Notes under the pieces: model-generated
The model's database searches: none
Told to the model about the DNA's origin: nothing
What the model saw: only the letters and a program-made list of their open reading frames with translations
Position numbers and translations under genes: made by a program
Part shown: piece by piece, positions 44,099 to 54,603 of the stretch
How positions within the stretch are numbered: position 1 is the first letter of the stretch
How the letters are laid out: the number at the start of each line of letters is the position of its first letter
DNA from: Flavobacteriales bacterium
GTDB taxonomy: Bacteria > Bacteroidota > Bacteroidia > Flavobacteriales_F > PHOS-HE28
Reading direction: 5' to 3'
Length of the DNA stretch: 64,000 nucleotides
Assembly (NCBI GenBank): GCA_019638115.1
Contig: JAHBUK010000004.1
Coordinates: forward strand, 224,794 to 288,793

Positions 44099-44803
44099 AT
44101 GCGGAAACACCTACATATGTCGCTGCTGGCCATAGGCTTAGGAGCCATACTGAACAGCTGCAACACCGACCTTTTGACCCTCCGGATGGACGAGGGAGAA
44201 GTGGAATACGCGCTCACTTTCCCGGATTACGACCCCTCGGGGATCATGGCCGGCATGCTGCCCGAGCGCACCACCCTGAGCTTCATGAACGACAAACAAG
44301 TGGCGGAGGTGAGCGCCGGCATGGGCATCTTCCGGACCACGCTGGTGAGCGACAACAAGGCGCGCTTCATGGACTACCACATGAGCATGATGAGCAAGAA
44401 GCTCGTCTCTTCCGTGCAGCAACGCGACCTGGCCTTGTTCAACGATGGCTGGGGGGTGCCCACCATCCTGCACACCGGCCATGTGGACAGCATAGCCGGC
44501 GTGCCCTGCAAGCGTGCCATCGCCATTTTCGACGGCATCGATCAGCCGGAGATCGAACTCTGGTTCACGGATGCTTTCGCGATCGATTCCCCCAACTGGT
44601 ACACGCCGTTCGGCGAGATCCCCGGCCTGCTGATGCGTTACGACGTGGTGCAATACGGCATGCGCATGCGCCTGGAGGCCATCAACGTGAAGCCCGGCAA
44701 GCCCGACCCCGCCAAGTTCCAGCGCAAGGACGAGTTCCAGGCCGTGCCCGCCTCCGTGCTACAACATGAGATGGCCGAAGTAATGGGCGCTTTCAGCATG
44801 TAG
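44099..44803 (+). CDS. hypothetical lipoprotein
   Basis: MRKHLHMSLLAIGLGAILNSC lipobox. 234 aa, no recognised domain. Confidence 0.5.
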   Translation: MRKHLHMSLLAIGLGAILNSCNTDLLTLRMDEGEVEYALTFPDYDPSGIMAGMLPERTTLSFMNDKQVAEVSAGMGIFRTTLVSDNKARFMDYHMSMMSKKLVSSVQQRDLALFNDGWGVPTILHTGHVDSIAGVPCKRAIAIFDGIDQPEIELWFTDAFAIDSPNWYTPFGEIPGLLMRYDVVQYGMRMRLEAINVKPGKPDPAKFQRKDEFQAVPASVLQHEMAEVMGAFSM

Positions 44804-44834
44804 TCCACCACCATCTTGTTGATAATAGCCGCGG

Positions 44835-47483
44835 GTGCCGGGACGTTGTCCTCTGGCACCCCGGTACTTTTGGAGTGCATCGTGCGCCCGCGCGCACCCA
44901 TCCCGCATTCCCGCTTTGGCCAGCAAGAAGAACAAGATCCGCGAGACCGCGGAAGAGACCGAGACCGCACCCAAACGGCGCAAACGTGCCGCTTCGGATG
45001 CCGGTGGCGATAGCCGTTGGGCACGTTTCAAGCGCTTCCTGGGCGATGAGCGCACGCACAAGGTCGGCGGCCTTCTGCTGGTGCTCTGCTCCGCCTACCT
45101 GTTGGTCTCCTTCCTCAGCTACCTCTTCACCTGGCGCATGGACCAAGACCTCATGGGGCGGCCCTGGGGCGAGATCTTCGACCCCGAGGTGCGCGTGGAG
45201 AACTGGCTCGGCAAGCTCGGCGCCATCACCGCGCATCGCTTCATCCACATCTGGTTCGGGCTCGCCGCCTTCGTGCTGCCCGTTTGGGCCTTCCTGGGCG
45301 GCATCCGGGTGCTGCTCGATACCTGGCTGCTGCCCCCGCGCCGCACCCTGGGCTGGAGCGCCATGGCCTTGATCTGGATGCCCACCGTGCTCGGCTTCGT
45401 GTTCCGCGGCGAATACACCTTCCTGGGTGGCGGGCTGGGGTATCGGCTCAACCACCACCTCATCGGCTTGCTCGGAAACTTCGGCACCGGCGCACTGATC
45501 GTGTTCAGCCTGGGCGCCTTCGTGGTCTTCACCTTCAACCTCTCCTTCCAATGGGCCAATGATCTGCTGGAACGCCTCAGCGCCGGCAGGAACACCGCCG
45601 ATGCGGAAGAGGAAGAAGAGGTTCCCGCCCCCGCTCCCATCCGCAACAACGTGAGCAAGCGTGCCGAAGCCGCACCGTGGGAAGCACCGGCCGCCGGCGT
45701 GGAGGCCGAAGCGGAAGAAGAGCAGGAAGAAGAGCTTGCGGAGGAGGAAGCCGTGGAGGCGGAGTTGGAGGAAGCACCGGAAGAAGAACTGGAATTGGCG
45801 CTGGAAGGTCCTGTGGCCGAATTGGCACCGGAGCCCGTGCTTGCCGTTCCACAAGCGCTGGCCATGGACAGCGAGGAGAACGGCTTCAGCGTGCAGGTGG
45901 CCAAGCCCGAGGAAGTGCTGCTCACCGAGGAACAGTTGGACGAGAAACTGCAGGAGTTCGGCGAGTACGACCCCACCCTGGACCTGAGCAGCTATGAGCC
46001 GCCGCCCATCGACCTGCTGGTGGACCACGGCACCGGCGAAGTGACCGTGACCAAGGAGGAGCTGGAGGCCAACAAGGACCGCATCGTGGAGACCTTGGGC
46101 CACTACAACATCGGCATCGACAAGATCAAGGCGACGATCGGGCCCACCGTTACGCTGTACGAGATCATCCCCAAGGCCGGGGTGCGCATCAGCAAGATCA
46201 AGAACCTGGAGGACGACATCGCCCTGAGCCTTGCTGCGCTTGGCATCCGCATCATCGCGCCCATCCCCGGCAAAGGCACCATCGGTATCGAAGTGCCCAA
46301 CAGCAAGCCCCAGGTGGTGGGCATGCGCGCCGTGGTGGCCAGCGAGAAGTTCCAGAACAGCGGCATGGACCTGCCCATCGTACTGGGCAAGACCATCAGC
46401 AACGAGACCTTCGTCACCGACCTGGCCAAGATGCCCCACCTGCTGATGGCCGGTGCCACGGGCCAGGGTAAGTCGGTGGGCTTGAACGCCATCCTCGTAA
46501 GCCTGCTCTACAAGAAGCACCCCAGCCAGATCAAGTTCGTGCTGGTGGACCCGAAGAAGGTGGAACTCACCCTCTTCAACAAGATCGAGCGGCACTTCCT
46601 GGCCAAGCTGCCCGGCAGCGAGGAGGCCATCATCACCGACACCAAGAAGGTGGTGGCCACGCTCAACAGCCTGTGCATCGAGATGGACGAGCGCTACGAG
46701 CTGTTGAAGGATGCCCAGGTGCGCAACATCAAGGAGTACAACGCCAAGTTCATCAAGCGCCGCCTGAACCCGGAGAACGGCCACCGCTTCCTCCCCTACA
46801 TCGTGCTGGTGGTGGACGAGTTCGCCGACCTGATCATGACCGCGGGCCGCGAGGTGGAAACGCCCATCGCCCGCCTGGCCCAGCTGGCGCGCGCCATCGG
46901 CATCCACCTCATCATCGCCACGCAGCGCCCCAGCGTCAACATCATCACCGGTACCATCAAGGCCAACTTCCCGGCGCGCATCGCCTTCCGCGTAACCAGC
47001 AAGATCGACAGCCGCACCATCCTCGATGCCGGCGGCGCCGAGCAGCTCATCGGCCGTGGCGACATGCTGCTGAGCACCGGCAACGACCTCATCCGCATCC
47101 AGTGCGCATTCGTGGACACGCCCGAGGTGGACGAGATCACCGCCTTCATCGGCGGGCAGCGCGGCTACCCCGAAGCCCTGCTCCTACCCGAAGTGCCCAC
47201 CGAAGAGGGCGAAGGCGTGGAGTTGGACAGCGGCGACCGCGACAGCATGTTCGAGGATGCCGCACGCCTGGTGGTGATGACCCAGCAGGGCAGCACCTCC
47301 CTCATCCAGCGCAAGCTGAAGCTGGGCTACAACCGCGCCGGCCGCATCGTGGACCAACTGGAAGCAGCCGGTGTGCTGGGCCCCTTCGAGGGCAGCAAAG
47401 CACGGCGGGTGATGATACCCAACGAGGCTGCGCTGGACGCGCACTTGAATCAGGGAGTGGAGGCTGGGCAGGGGGGATTTTGA
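44835..47483 (+). CDS. ftsK: DNA translocase FtsK/SpoIIIE
   Basis: Lys/Arg-rich N-terminus, four TM segments, an acidic linker, and a motor domain with Walker A GATGQGKSVGLNAI plus a C-terminal gamma (winged-helix) domain. The true start is uncertain: the first ATG (44835) is far upstream of the KKNK region, and a TTG at 44916 is possible. Confidence 0.9.
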   Translation: MPGRCPLAPRYFWSASCARAHPSRIPALASKKNKIRETAEETETAPKRRKRAASDAGGDSRWARFKRFLGDERTHKVGGLLLVLCSAYLLVSFLSYLFTWRMDQDLMGRPWGEIFDPEVRVENWLGKLGAITAHRFIHIWFGLAAFVLPVWAFLGGIRVLLDTWLLPPRRTLGWSAMALIWMPTVLGFVFRGEYTFLGGGLGYRLNHHLIGLLGNFGTGALIVFSLGAFVVFTFNLSFQWANDLLERLSAGRNTADAEEEEEVPAPAPIRNNVSKRAEAAPWEAPAAGVEAEAEEEQEEELAEEEAVEAELEEAPEEELELALEGPVAELAPEPVLAVPQALAMDSEENGFSVQVAKPEEVLLTEEQLDEKLQEFGEYDPTLDLSSYEPPPIDLLVDHGTGEVTVTKEELEANKDRIVETLGHYNIGIDKIKATIGPTVTLYEIIPKAGVRISKIKNLEDDIALSLAALGIRIIAPIPGKGTIGIEVPNSKPQVVGMRAVVASEKFQNSGMDLPIVLGKTISNETFVTDLAKMPHLLMAGATGQGKSVGLNAILVSLLYKKHPSQIKFVLVDPKKVELTLFNKIERHFLAKLPGSEEAIITDTKKVVATLNSLCIEMDERYELLKDAQVRNIKEYNAKFIKRRLNPENGHRFLPYIVLVVDEFADLIMTAGREVETPIARLAQLARAIGIHLIIATQRPSVNIITGTIKANFPARIAFRVTSKIDSRTILDAGGAEQLIGRGDMLLSTGNDLIRIQCAFVDTPEVDEITAFIGGQRGYPEALLLPEVPTEEGEGVELDSGDRDSMFEDAARLVVMTQQGSTSLIQRKLKLGYNRAGRIVDQLEAAGVLGPFEGSKARRVMIPNEAALDAHLNQGVEAGQGGF

Positions 47484-47504
47484 GGCCTTACTGATCATCT
47501 ATAT

Positions 47505-49214
47505 TTGATCATGCAGTCCTGCTCACATACCCGATATTCATGGCGATTCTGTTTCCTATTCGCCTCCTCTATCCATGGTGTAATTGGTTACGGACAGATC
47601 GAGTACAACAGACATCACGCTTTCTCGATATCAGAATCGACCGGTGCCTTTAATTGTGAACCGGATGGACGCGGAGGTGGGTACTATGAGGTCGTGAATT
47701 ATGGATGCATGGATCTTGCGTATGGGAATGCCTTGCACACGGTTTGTCAAAGCTCCAACTACGTCAACCCATTTCGCACACTGATCCACTATGACCAGAA
47801 CGACGCACTGGTATGGACGCTTGACAGTTTACGTGTGCATGATATGGAGCACGACGAAACAGGTGGGATCGTCTTTGTTGGCGATGCACATATTCACGCC
47901 GATCTAGACCCAGGTCCAGGTGTGACAACCGTGGCCGGTGGACTGAAGGTCATTGCAAGCTATCGAGCTGATGGGACGCTAAGGTTCGCCCATCGGCTCC
48001 CTACCGGGTCCTCCTACTTTCAACGGGTCGCGTTAGCGAAGGATGGCAGTGTAGTGGCCGTGGGCGAATTCCAGCAACCATTCGACTTGGACCCAACGAG
48101 TGAAATAGCTTGGATCGAGCCGATCTTCACCACTGAGTCCTCAACCTTTCTGGCCCGATATGATTCATTGGGCACCCTCGTAGACCATCAGGTGTTCGAC
48201 TCCAGGAATATGTCTTCAATTGAGCACGTTGTGCTATCTGATAACCATGTTTACCTGCTGTGCGGTTCCTTCAACGCAACAGGGGAACCAATGGTCGCTG
48301 CTATCCGAACACTGACTGACAGCATTGTGGTTCAGCGGAACGAGCCCTATGCATTCGTTCTACTCTGTTTTAATGTCCAACTGGATCTGGAATTCGCACA
48401 TGTCGTGGATTGTAATAGTGGCAGTGTCGGGTCGCGATTGTTCAAACTTGGCCAGGATAGGATGTTGTTATATGGCCAAGGAAGTATGCCTTATGACCTG
48501 GACCCAGGGCCTGCCACGGTAGGTACGGCTAGCGGAGGCCGTTTCATGGCAGAATATGGGCAGGAATGGGCATACCACTGGAATGGAACCTTTCCGATCG
48601 GTGTGGTCAATGTCCAAGGTGCTGTGTTGGATGGCCTTAACCGGCTGTACATCGCGGGCAACATTCAAGGCACAGCTGATATTGACCCTACGGATGGAGA
48701 GGTTCTCGGATCTACAACAACGAACAGTCTGATGTATGTTGTCAAACTCAATAGCGTCCGTTTGACCGAATGGGCAATACCCTTCGGTTCCGAGGTATAT
48801 AGTAACTTAAGGGGTATTTACTTGGATGATGAATTAGTGCTGTATTTTTCTGCAAATGGTATGATGGACGTACAGCCGGGTCCATCATCCATGTACGTTG
48901 GTTGTCCGGATCCTGGAGTAGGAGCAGTAATCGCACACTATACCGTCAATGAGTTGAGCACGTCCCTATCGGGATCTCCAATTCCGACCGACCTACGGAT
49001 ATTGCCAAATCCGGCATCGGACGTGGTGCAGATTGAAGCACCCGCTCCGTTCGACCTAACACTCTTCGATGCGAACGGGCGCCTGATCATCTCCAAGGCT
49101 TACACCGATCCGCGCTCAATTATTCAAGTTGCCGATCTAGCCGAGGGTCTCTACGTGGTCCAAGTGCGTACGGCGAACTCGGTCGTCTCTCGTACCCTTG
49201 TCATCCAACACTAG
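47505..49214 (+). CDS. lower-GC secreted protein with T9SS type A C-terminal sorting domain
   Basis: 569 aa. The C-terminus LRILPNPASDVVQIEAPAPFDLTLFDANGRLII...GLYVVQVRTANSVVSRTLVIQH is a Por sorting domain. Confidence 0.6.
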   Translation: MIMQSCSHTRYSWRFCFLFASSIHGVIGYGQIEYNRHHAFSISESTGAFNCEPDGRGGGYYEVVNYGCMDLAYGNALHTVCQSSNYVNPFRTLIHYDQNDALVWTLDSLRVHDMEHDETGGIVFVGDAHIHADLDPGPGVTTVAGGLKVIASYRADGTLRFAHRLPTGSSYFQRVALAKDGSVVAVGEFQQPFDLDPTSEIAWIEPIFTTESSTFLARYDSLGTLVDHQVFDSRNMSSIEHVVLSDNHVYLLCGSFNATGEPMVAAIRTLTDSIVVQRNEPYAFVLLCFNVQLDLEFAHVVDCNSGSVGSRLFKLGQDRMLLYGQGSMPYDLDPGPATVGTASGGRFMAEYGQEWAYHWNGTFPIGVVNVQGAVLDGLNRLYIAGNIQGTADIDPTDGEVLGSTTTNSLMYVVKLNSVRLTEWAIPFGSEVYSNLRGIYLDDELVLYFSANGMMDVQPGPSSMYVGCPDPGVGAVIAHYTVNELSTSLSGSPIPTDLRILPNPASDVVQIEAPAPFDLTLFDANGRLIISKAYTDPRSIIQVADLAEGLYVVQVRTANSVVSRTLVIQH

Positions 49215-49217
49215 GAC

Positions 49218-49312
49218 AAGCTCGAACTTGCGTAGGGCTTCCTGAGGCACGAAGGGGCCCTGCGCTTTAGGACGTGGCCGCAGGGTCCCGAAGACGGAGA
49301 CCCTTCGGAGAT
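49218..49312. repeat. REP-like palindromic repeat element (family copy 1) at a convergent gene end
   Basis: ...cttcctgaggcacgaaggggccctgcgctttaggacgtggccgcagggtcccgaagacggagacccttcggag. The GGGRCCCTGCG / CGCAGGGTCCC arms form a stem. Confidence 0.75.
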
Positions 49313-49340
49313 TATGTGATCATGAAGAAACTATAATGAC

Positions 49341-50486
49341 TCAGGTGTTTGCCCGGATGTACGCTCTGAGCTTGCCTTCCTTCCGCATCTTGAGCAACTT
49401 CTCCAAGTCTTTGTTCTTACCCAGGTCGGTCAGGTTGTTCTCGTAGAACTCCAGTACATGCTCGGTGGCATAGATGTTCGCATCCACTGGGTTGTCGTTC
49501 ATGCGCAAAACGTGTGTGGTGTAGCCTCCCAGGTAGATCATCAAGCATTCATGCTGTTCGGTGTAGGGTACGATCGCTTCCTTGATCTCAATGCTTACCA
49601 GCGGTGAGCCCATGATCCATTGCAGCAGAAATGCGCTCAAGTCTTTGCGTTTTGCAGGCTCAGCACTCACGGGCGTGCTGTAGAGCCATTCATAGGCTAG
49701 AAGCACTTCAGGCACAAGCGCGGTATAGTCATCGGCAGATCGAGGAGTGTCCTTTCCAGCACCCTCTGTTCCAAGAACCTTCTTCGCCACTTCCTGATGG
49801 ATCCTGGCTCCAAGGTCCTTCGCCTTAATGATATACGGACGGGCCTCATCATATCGATTCGCATGATAATGCACCAATCCGACCAGGTGATAGCCATCCA
49901 TCAGGTGTGCATCGCCCGAGGCCTCGTAGATCGCCAATGCCTTGAGCGCATTCTCCAACGCTGCATCCAACTGCTTCTCTTGCAGCTGCATATTAGCCAG
50001 GCCGAAGTATCCTTCAGCGTTATCCGGCAGCATCTCGATAAGCGACTCGTACATCCTTACGGCATTGACCCGGTCTCCAGTTATGCTGTAGACCAACGCC
50101 AGATTTTGGCGAGCCATTTGTCCTTGCGGGTAGATCTCCAAGGATCGTTGGTAGTTCTTTATCGCAAGGTCGTACTCACCAGCTTGCCGATGCACTTGGC
50201 CCAGGTTGTCATAAGCCTCCACGAATTGCGGATCCTCCTTGATCGCCTTGGCGTAGGACTTTTTGGCTGCAGCAAGCTCGCCGGCTCGGTGTTCGCGCAA
50301 ACCTTGACGGTAAGCCACCATGGCCTTTTCCGAAGTGCTTCCATTGTACATTTCGGTTGATGTCCCCTTCAACTGCATATCACCGGCTCCCTTGGCTTTC
50401 ACCAACTCGTTCCGGGTATCGTTCTGGGCATATGAGGACGATGCCAGCAAAACGGTGGTGGCGAGGATAAAGGCGTGAAGATCCAT
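49341..50486 (-). CDS. secreted tetratricopeptide-repeat protein
   Basis: Signal peptide MDLHAFILATTVLLASSSYAQ, then several TPR units (AYDNLGQVHRQAGEYDLAIKNYQRSLEIYP...). Confidence 0.7.
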   Translation of the reverse strand: MDLHAFILATTVLLASSSYAQNDTRNELVKAKGAGDMQLKGTSTEMYNGSTSEKAMVAYRQGLREHRAGELAAAKKSYAKAIKEDPQFVEAYDNLGQVHRQAGEYDLAIKNYQRSLEIYPQGQMARQNLALVYSITGDRVNAVRMYESLIEMLPDNAEGYFGLANMQLQEKQLDAALENALKALAIYEASGDAHLMDGYHLVGLVHYHANRYDEARPYIIKAKDLGARIHQEVAKKVLGTEGAGKDTPRSADDYTALVPEVLLAYEWLYSTPVSAEPAKRKDLSAFLLQWIMGSPLVSIEIKEAIVPYTEQHECLMIYLGGYTTHVLRMNDNPVDANIYATEHVLEFYENNLTDLGKNKDLEKLLKMRKEGKLRAYIRANT

Positions 50487-50715
50487 GCTCTGATGTGTTC
50501 GGCTGATGAAAGTAGTACATGATCCGTTCCTGTAATGAAGATCCAATGTTTCCAATTGCTCCTGATAAGTCCAATGAGCAATGAAGCTCTCAGGATAACT
50601 ACGAGCCAACCAATGCGCAGATGTTGGCAGCTTGGATCATCACCGCTGGGCATTCAGGCCGATCCGCATTACATTCACGGTCGTACAATTCCATCCACCT
50701 GTTAAATCGCGGTCC

Positions 50716-53556
50716 ATGGTGTTCCCCAGACTGTTATTGTTCATCATCCTTATGACCGGCTTTGGTGCTGAATGTTTCACCAACAGAGCTGTAGGCCAGG
50801 CTGGTGCCATCGATCACTCGTTCGCGCCCAGCGACTTTGGGCATGGCAACGGCGAAAGCAACCATACCATTGGTCGATTGCTTCCCTTGCCCGATGGCAA
50901 CATGTTGATCGCCGGCCAATTCACGCTTTTCCAAGGAAGAACCATGAACGGCTTGGCACTGCTGGATCCAGAAGGAAGGGCCGTACCGTGGTTCAATAGC
51001 GGAAGCAGCCCCAATAGTGGCATGAAAGCATTGGCACTGACCTCGGATAACAAGATCATGGTGGGTGGATCCAACTTCAGCTACGAGGGAGGTGCACCAA
51101 CATCTCTGGTACGCTTGCATATGGACGGCTCACGTGATACGAGCTTCAACGCCCCATGGAGCACATTCACAGAGGTCTTTGAGATAATCGCCATGGACGA
51201 TGGCCGCTACTTGGTCGGCGGCCGGTTCACTTCGACCAACTCCGTTCCCTACAATTGTTTGGTCCGACTGATGCCTGACGGCAGTATGGACCCATCCTTC
51301 ACCAATTCGATCGGATTCAATTCCTCCTCGGCCGATCCTGTCGCAGTAACAGCACTGCACATCTTACCGGACGGGCGCATTCTGGTGGGCGGGAATTTCT
51401 CGCAGTATGAAGGGCAGTGGGTATCCCGGCTTATCCGGCTGAATTCAGATGGTAGCAGGGACAACACGTTCGGTACCAACTTGAGCTTTACCAACTCCAT
51501 AACGAACTCCACCAATGTTTCATCGATCCAAACGGATGGTCTCGGCCGAATTCTGGTTACAGGGTTGTTCACACAAGTCAATTTGTCCTTGCGCAGCGGG
51601 CTGGCCCGGCTAACTGCTGACGGTTTCTTGGACGACTCATTCACCACTGGAAGCGGGTTGCACGGCAACAACTCGGGCAATTTTCCTTACAGCATAAGTC
51701 GCCCATGCATTTCATCCAATGGTCAAATACTCGTTATTGGTCGTTTCAACAGCTACAATGGTACCCCACGCGTGAATGCCGTGTTGTTGGATGAGCAAGG
51801 TGGAATGATACCTGACTTCGACATCAACATGAGCGATATCGGATCTTCGCGTATTTCCACTTGTCTCCAACAAGCAGATGGCCGGTTCATTCTTGCAGGA
51901 TATGTCCACCGTGTGCAGAACATCGGTCTCAAAGGACTGTTCCGAATTGGTGCCGATGGTGTCTTGGATATGACCTACAACCGATTCGGAACTGGCGTGA
52001 ACGGCCAGATCAGATCGATGGAGATCGACACCAACGGAAGGGTCTTGATAGCTGGTGATTTCACCAGTGTTGGGGGCCGACCTTATAACAACTTGGCACG
52101 ATTGGCACACAACGGCGAGTTGGATACGACCTTCAATATCGGCACTGGCTCCAATTTCAGAATTGATCATGCGTCCATTCATTCCTCAGGGAGAATAAGC
52201 GCGGCAGGTTGGTTCCATGATTTTAATGGTCAAGGAAGCCAACACATTGTGACCTTGGAGGAGGACGGTTCCAACTGGCCCTCGTTTCTATGTTCACCCG
52301 GACCGGGAAATATCACCTACGCAACATTGGCTCAGGACAGTGGCAAATTGGTGATCGGTGGAAACTACATCGACGTTAACAACGTTCCGTTCCACCGCAT
52401 CGCCAGGATCCTTGAGAATGGAGACCTCGATGAAACGTTCAATATCACAGGGACCTCGATCCGGGGAGCATCAGGAGCTGTGCATGCGCTACTCAAGGAC
52501 GGGGACGGGAACATATTGGCAGGCGGAGCATTCAGTAGCTACAACCAGCAAGTCGCGAGAAGAGTGGTGAAACTGGACCCGAACGGCTCTCTTGTCCCTG
52601 ATTTCCAATGTACCACCATCATGAATGGCGAAGTGCTTGCCATGGCCATACAAGACGATGGAAAGATCCTGGTCGGTGGTTCGTTCAGTTCCAACGGCAA
52701 ACTGATACGCCTCAACACGGATGGAAGCTTGGATTCGACGTTCTCGGTTGGTCTTGGTCCTACCGGACAGAGCAGCCAAATAAAGGCACTTGCTCTTGAT
52801 AACGAAGGACTCATCTACGCAGGCGGGCATTTCTCGGGATTCGATGGCCACTTGTACCGAAACCTCGTTCGCTTGCATCCGTGGGGCGAAGTGGATACCA
52901 CGTTCACGACAGGAACTGGATTCAATTCCTTTGTGAACGCTCTCGCGGTGCATGATCACAAGCTCTATGTCGCCGGCAATTTCACGGATTACAACGGCAC
53001 CGGCAGAAATAGGATCGCTCGTCTCAGATTGGAATGTTACGCCGCTGGTACGCCTTGCAACGATCACGACCCATGCACGGAGAACGACACCTACGACAAG
53101 CGTTGTGAATGCGTCGGCACACTGATCGATAGCGACGGTGATGGGGTTTGTGACCTATACGATGTATGCCCGGACCAGCCCGAACCGGGCACACCATGCG
53201 ATGACGGTGATCCGTTGACCATCAATGACGTTGTACAACCCGATTGTCAATGCATGGGCGAACTCGACACGGAGACGCATGTTGCACGCGACCATGGCCT
53301 CACGTTGTACTCGCTTTACCCGAATCCGTCCGAAGGAGGTCTTATCCACCTGCAGATACCTGTCGATGAAAAGGATCAGATCCAGAAGATATCGATCATC
53401 GATAGCAGGGGCGCACGTGTGTATGAGCGGATCGCACCGATCAATACGCACTCCGGTCTTCTCCAGATCCGGACAAATGGCATGTCCGCTGGTTATTACA
53501 CCCTATTGGTGCAGATGAGGGATCGAACAGTGCCGCTATCCTTCGCGATACAATAG
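50716..53556 (+). CDS. secreted delta-60-repeat (beta-propeller-type) protein with Cys/Asp-rich module and T9SS C-terminal sorting domain
   Basis: 946 aa. It has many ~55-60-aa repeats of the form ILVGGxFxxYNGxxxxRLxRLNxDGSLDxSF, then CxDxDGDGVCD-like modules, then the tail TLYSLYPNPSEGGLIHLQIP...GYYTLLVQMRDRTVPLSFAIQ. Confidence 0.7.
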   Translation: MVFPRLLLFIILMTGFGAECFTNRAVGQAGAIDHSFAPSDFGHGNGESNHTIGRLLPLPDGNMLIAGQFTLFQGRTMNGLALLDPEGRAVPWFNSGSSPNSGMKALALTSDNKIMVGGSNFSYEGGAPTSLVRLHMDGSRDTSFNAPWSTFTEVFEIIAMDDGRYLVGGRFTSTNSVPYNCLVRLMPDGSMDPSFTNSIGFNSSSADPVAVTALHILPDGRILVGGNFSQYEGQWVSRLIRLNSDGSRDNTFGTNLSFTNSITNSTNVSSIQTDGLGRILVTGLFTQVNLSLRSGLARLTADGFLDDSFTTGSGLHGNNSGNFPYSISRPCISSNGQILVIGRFNSYNGTPRVNAVLLDEQGGMIPDFDINMSDIGSSRISTCLQQADGRFILAGYVHRVQNIGLKGLFRIGADGVLDMTYNRFGTGVNGQIRSMEIDTNGRVLIAGDFTSVGGRPYNNLARLAHNGELDTTFNIGTGSNFRIDHASIHSSGRISAAGWFHDFNGQGSQHIVTLEEDGSNWPSFLCSPGPGNITYATLAQDSGKLVIGGNYIDVNNVPFHRIARILENGDLDETFNITGTSIRGASGAVHALLKDGDGNILAGGAFSSYNQQVARRVVKLDPNGSLVPDFQCTTIMNGEVLAMAIQDDGKILVGGSFSSNGKLIRLNTDGSLDSTFSVGLGPTGQSSQIKALALDNEGLIYAGGHFSGFDGHLYRNLVRLHPWGEVDTTFTTGTGFNSFVNALAVHDHKLYVAGNFTDYNGTGRNRIARLRLECYAAGTPCNDHDPCTENDTYDKRCECVGTLIDSDGDGVCDLYDVCPDQPEPGTPCDDGDPLTINDVVQPDCQCMGELDTETHVARDHGLTLYSLYPNPSEGGLIHLQIPVDEKDQIQKISIIDSRGARVYERIAPINTHSGLLQIRTNGMSAGYYTLLVQMRDRTVPLSFAIQ

Positions 53557-53644
53557 CACCCAGAGATTAGCGCACCCCACGGGATCACGGATCACGAACT
53601 GAGGAGCGTTTGTGTTGGTCCTACTCTTTGGGCCAAGTGTATGG

Positions 53645-53795
53645 AGTTCAAACCTGCGCAGAGTCTCCTGAGGTTCGAAGGGACCCTGCGCTTTAGGCCT
53701 TCAAACCTGCGCAGAGTCTCCTGAGGCACGAAGGGACCCTGCGCTTTATGCCTTGACCACAGGGGCTCGAAGACGGAGACACTGTGGAGGTATAT
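53645..53795. repeat. REP-like palindromic repeat element (family copy 2; two tandem ~57-bp units plus a partial unit)
   Basis: tcaaacctgcgcagagtctcctgaggttcgaagggaccctgcgctttaggcct is repeated with 3 substitutions, then ...gaccacaggggctcgaagacggagacactgtggagg. Confidence 0.8.
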
Positions 53796-53809
53796 GTTCC
53801 TGCCAAGGA

Positions 53810-54445
53810 CTAAGACAAACCATCCTCGTCCTCTTCCTCCTTCGGCCGGTGTGCAGCCACAAAGGCCCGTCGTTCCGCGCGCAGTGTGTCGAAGAACGCT
53901 GCTATGGCTGCTTCCGGCACCACCAGCTCAAGCGTGATGTAGCCCCACCCCGTATGCCGCATGCCGGTGGGGCAGATGCACACCTGCAGTAAGAAACGGT
54001 CATCGTCCTCCAGTGGTCGTCGGTGGTTCGGGTCGGGCAGTTCGTTGCCGTAAGCGCCGTTGGCCCGTTGCAGAAAGCCCTGCCTGAGGTCCTTCGCCAA
54101 CTCGGGCCAGGTATCATCCCATGGTATGCTGCTGCCAGGGTGGATGGCGATGCGGTAGGCGGGTGGGTAAAGCAGGATGTGGGCGCGGTGCTCCAGATCA
54201 TGCCACGCCCGGGGCATGCGGTCCTCCATAGCGGGCCGCAGCAGCGCCACCAGGTCGATCTCTTCGTTGGCCGAGTCGTCCGTCCATACGAAGCCGGGTG
54301 CGAGCAAGCCATTATGGCGGTTGCTCACCTCCTGCAACAAGGGAACGCCGTTGCAGAACAGACCCAGGGCCATGCACACGTCCTCATCCGGTTCATCGAA
54401 GTGATCGATCACCAGGGATAGGGAACCGTCTTGCAGGGTGGCCAT
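53810..54445 (-). CDS. hypothetical protein (acidic, no recognised domain)
   Basis: 211 aa, high GC, good periodicity. It ends in a poly-acidic tail EEEDEDGLS. Confidence 0.45.
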   Translation of the reverse strand: MATLQDGSLSLVIDHFDEPDEDVCMALGLFCNGVPLLQEVSNRHNGLLAPGFVWTDDSANEEIDLVALLRPAMEDRMPRAWHDLEHRAHILLYPPAYRIAIHPGSSIPWDDTWPELAKDLRQGFLQRANGAYGNELPDPNHRRPLEDDDRFLLQVCICPTGMRHTGWGYITLELVVPEAAIAAFFDTLRAERRAFVAAHRPKEEEDEDGLS

Positions 54446-54603
54446 GGGCTCAGGTGCGTATCGTGGTGGTGGCGATCATGACAGGCTGTAGGGAAGGCAT
54501 CGGCAAGGTATTGTGGGCGAGCTGGAACGCCAGAGTTCTGAGGGAACTTTCGTGCGAGCTGGGGCTTTTAATTCCAACGCCTTGCGACAGTACGGAGGGC
54601 GTT

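Noticed and set aside
44793-46907. 704-aa minus-strand ORF opposite ftsK, and the small frame-shifted plus-strand ORFs within ftsK
   Set aside because: Shadow ORFs. FtsK is read from the plus strand with a complete motor domain.
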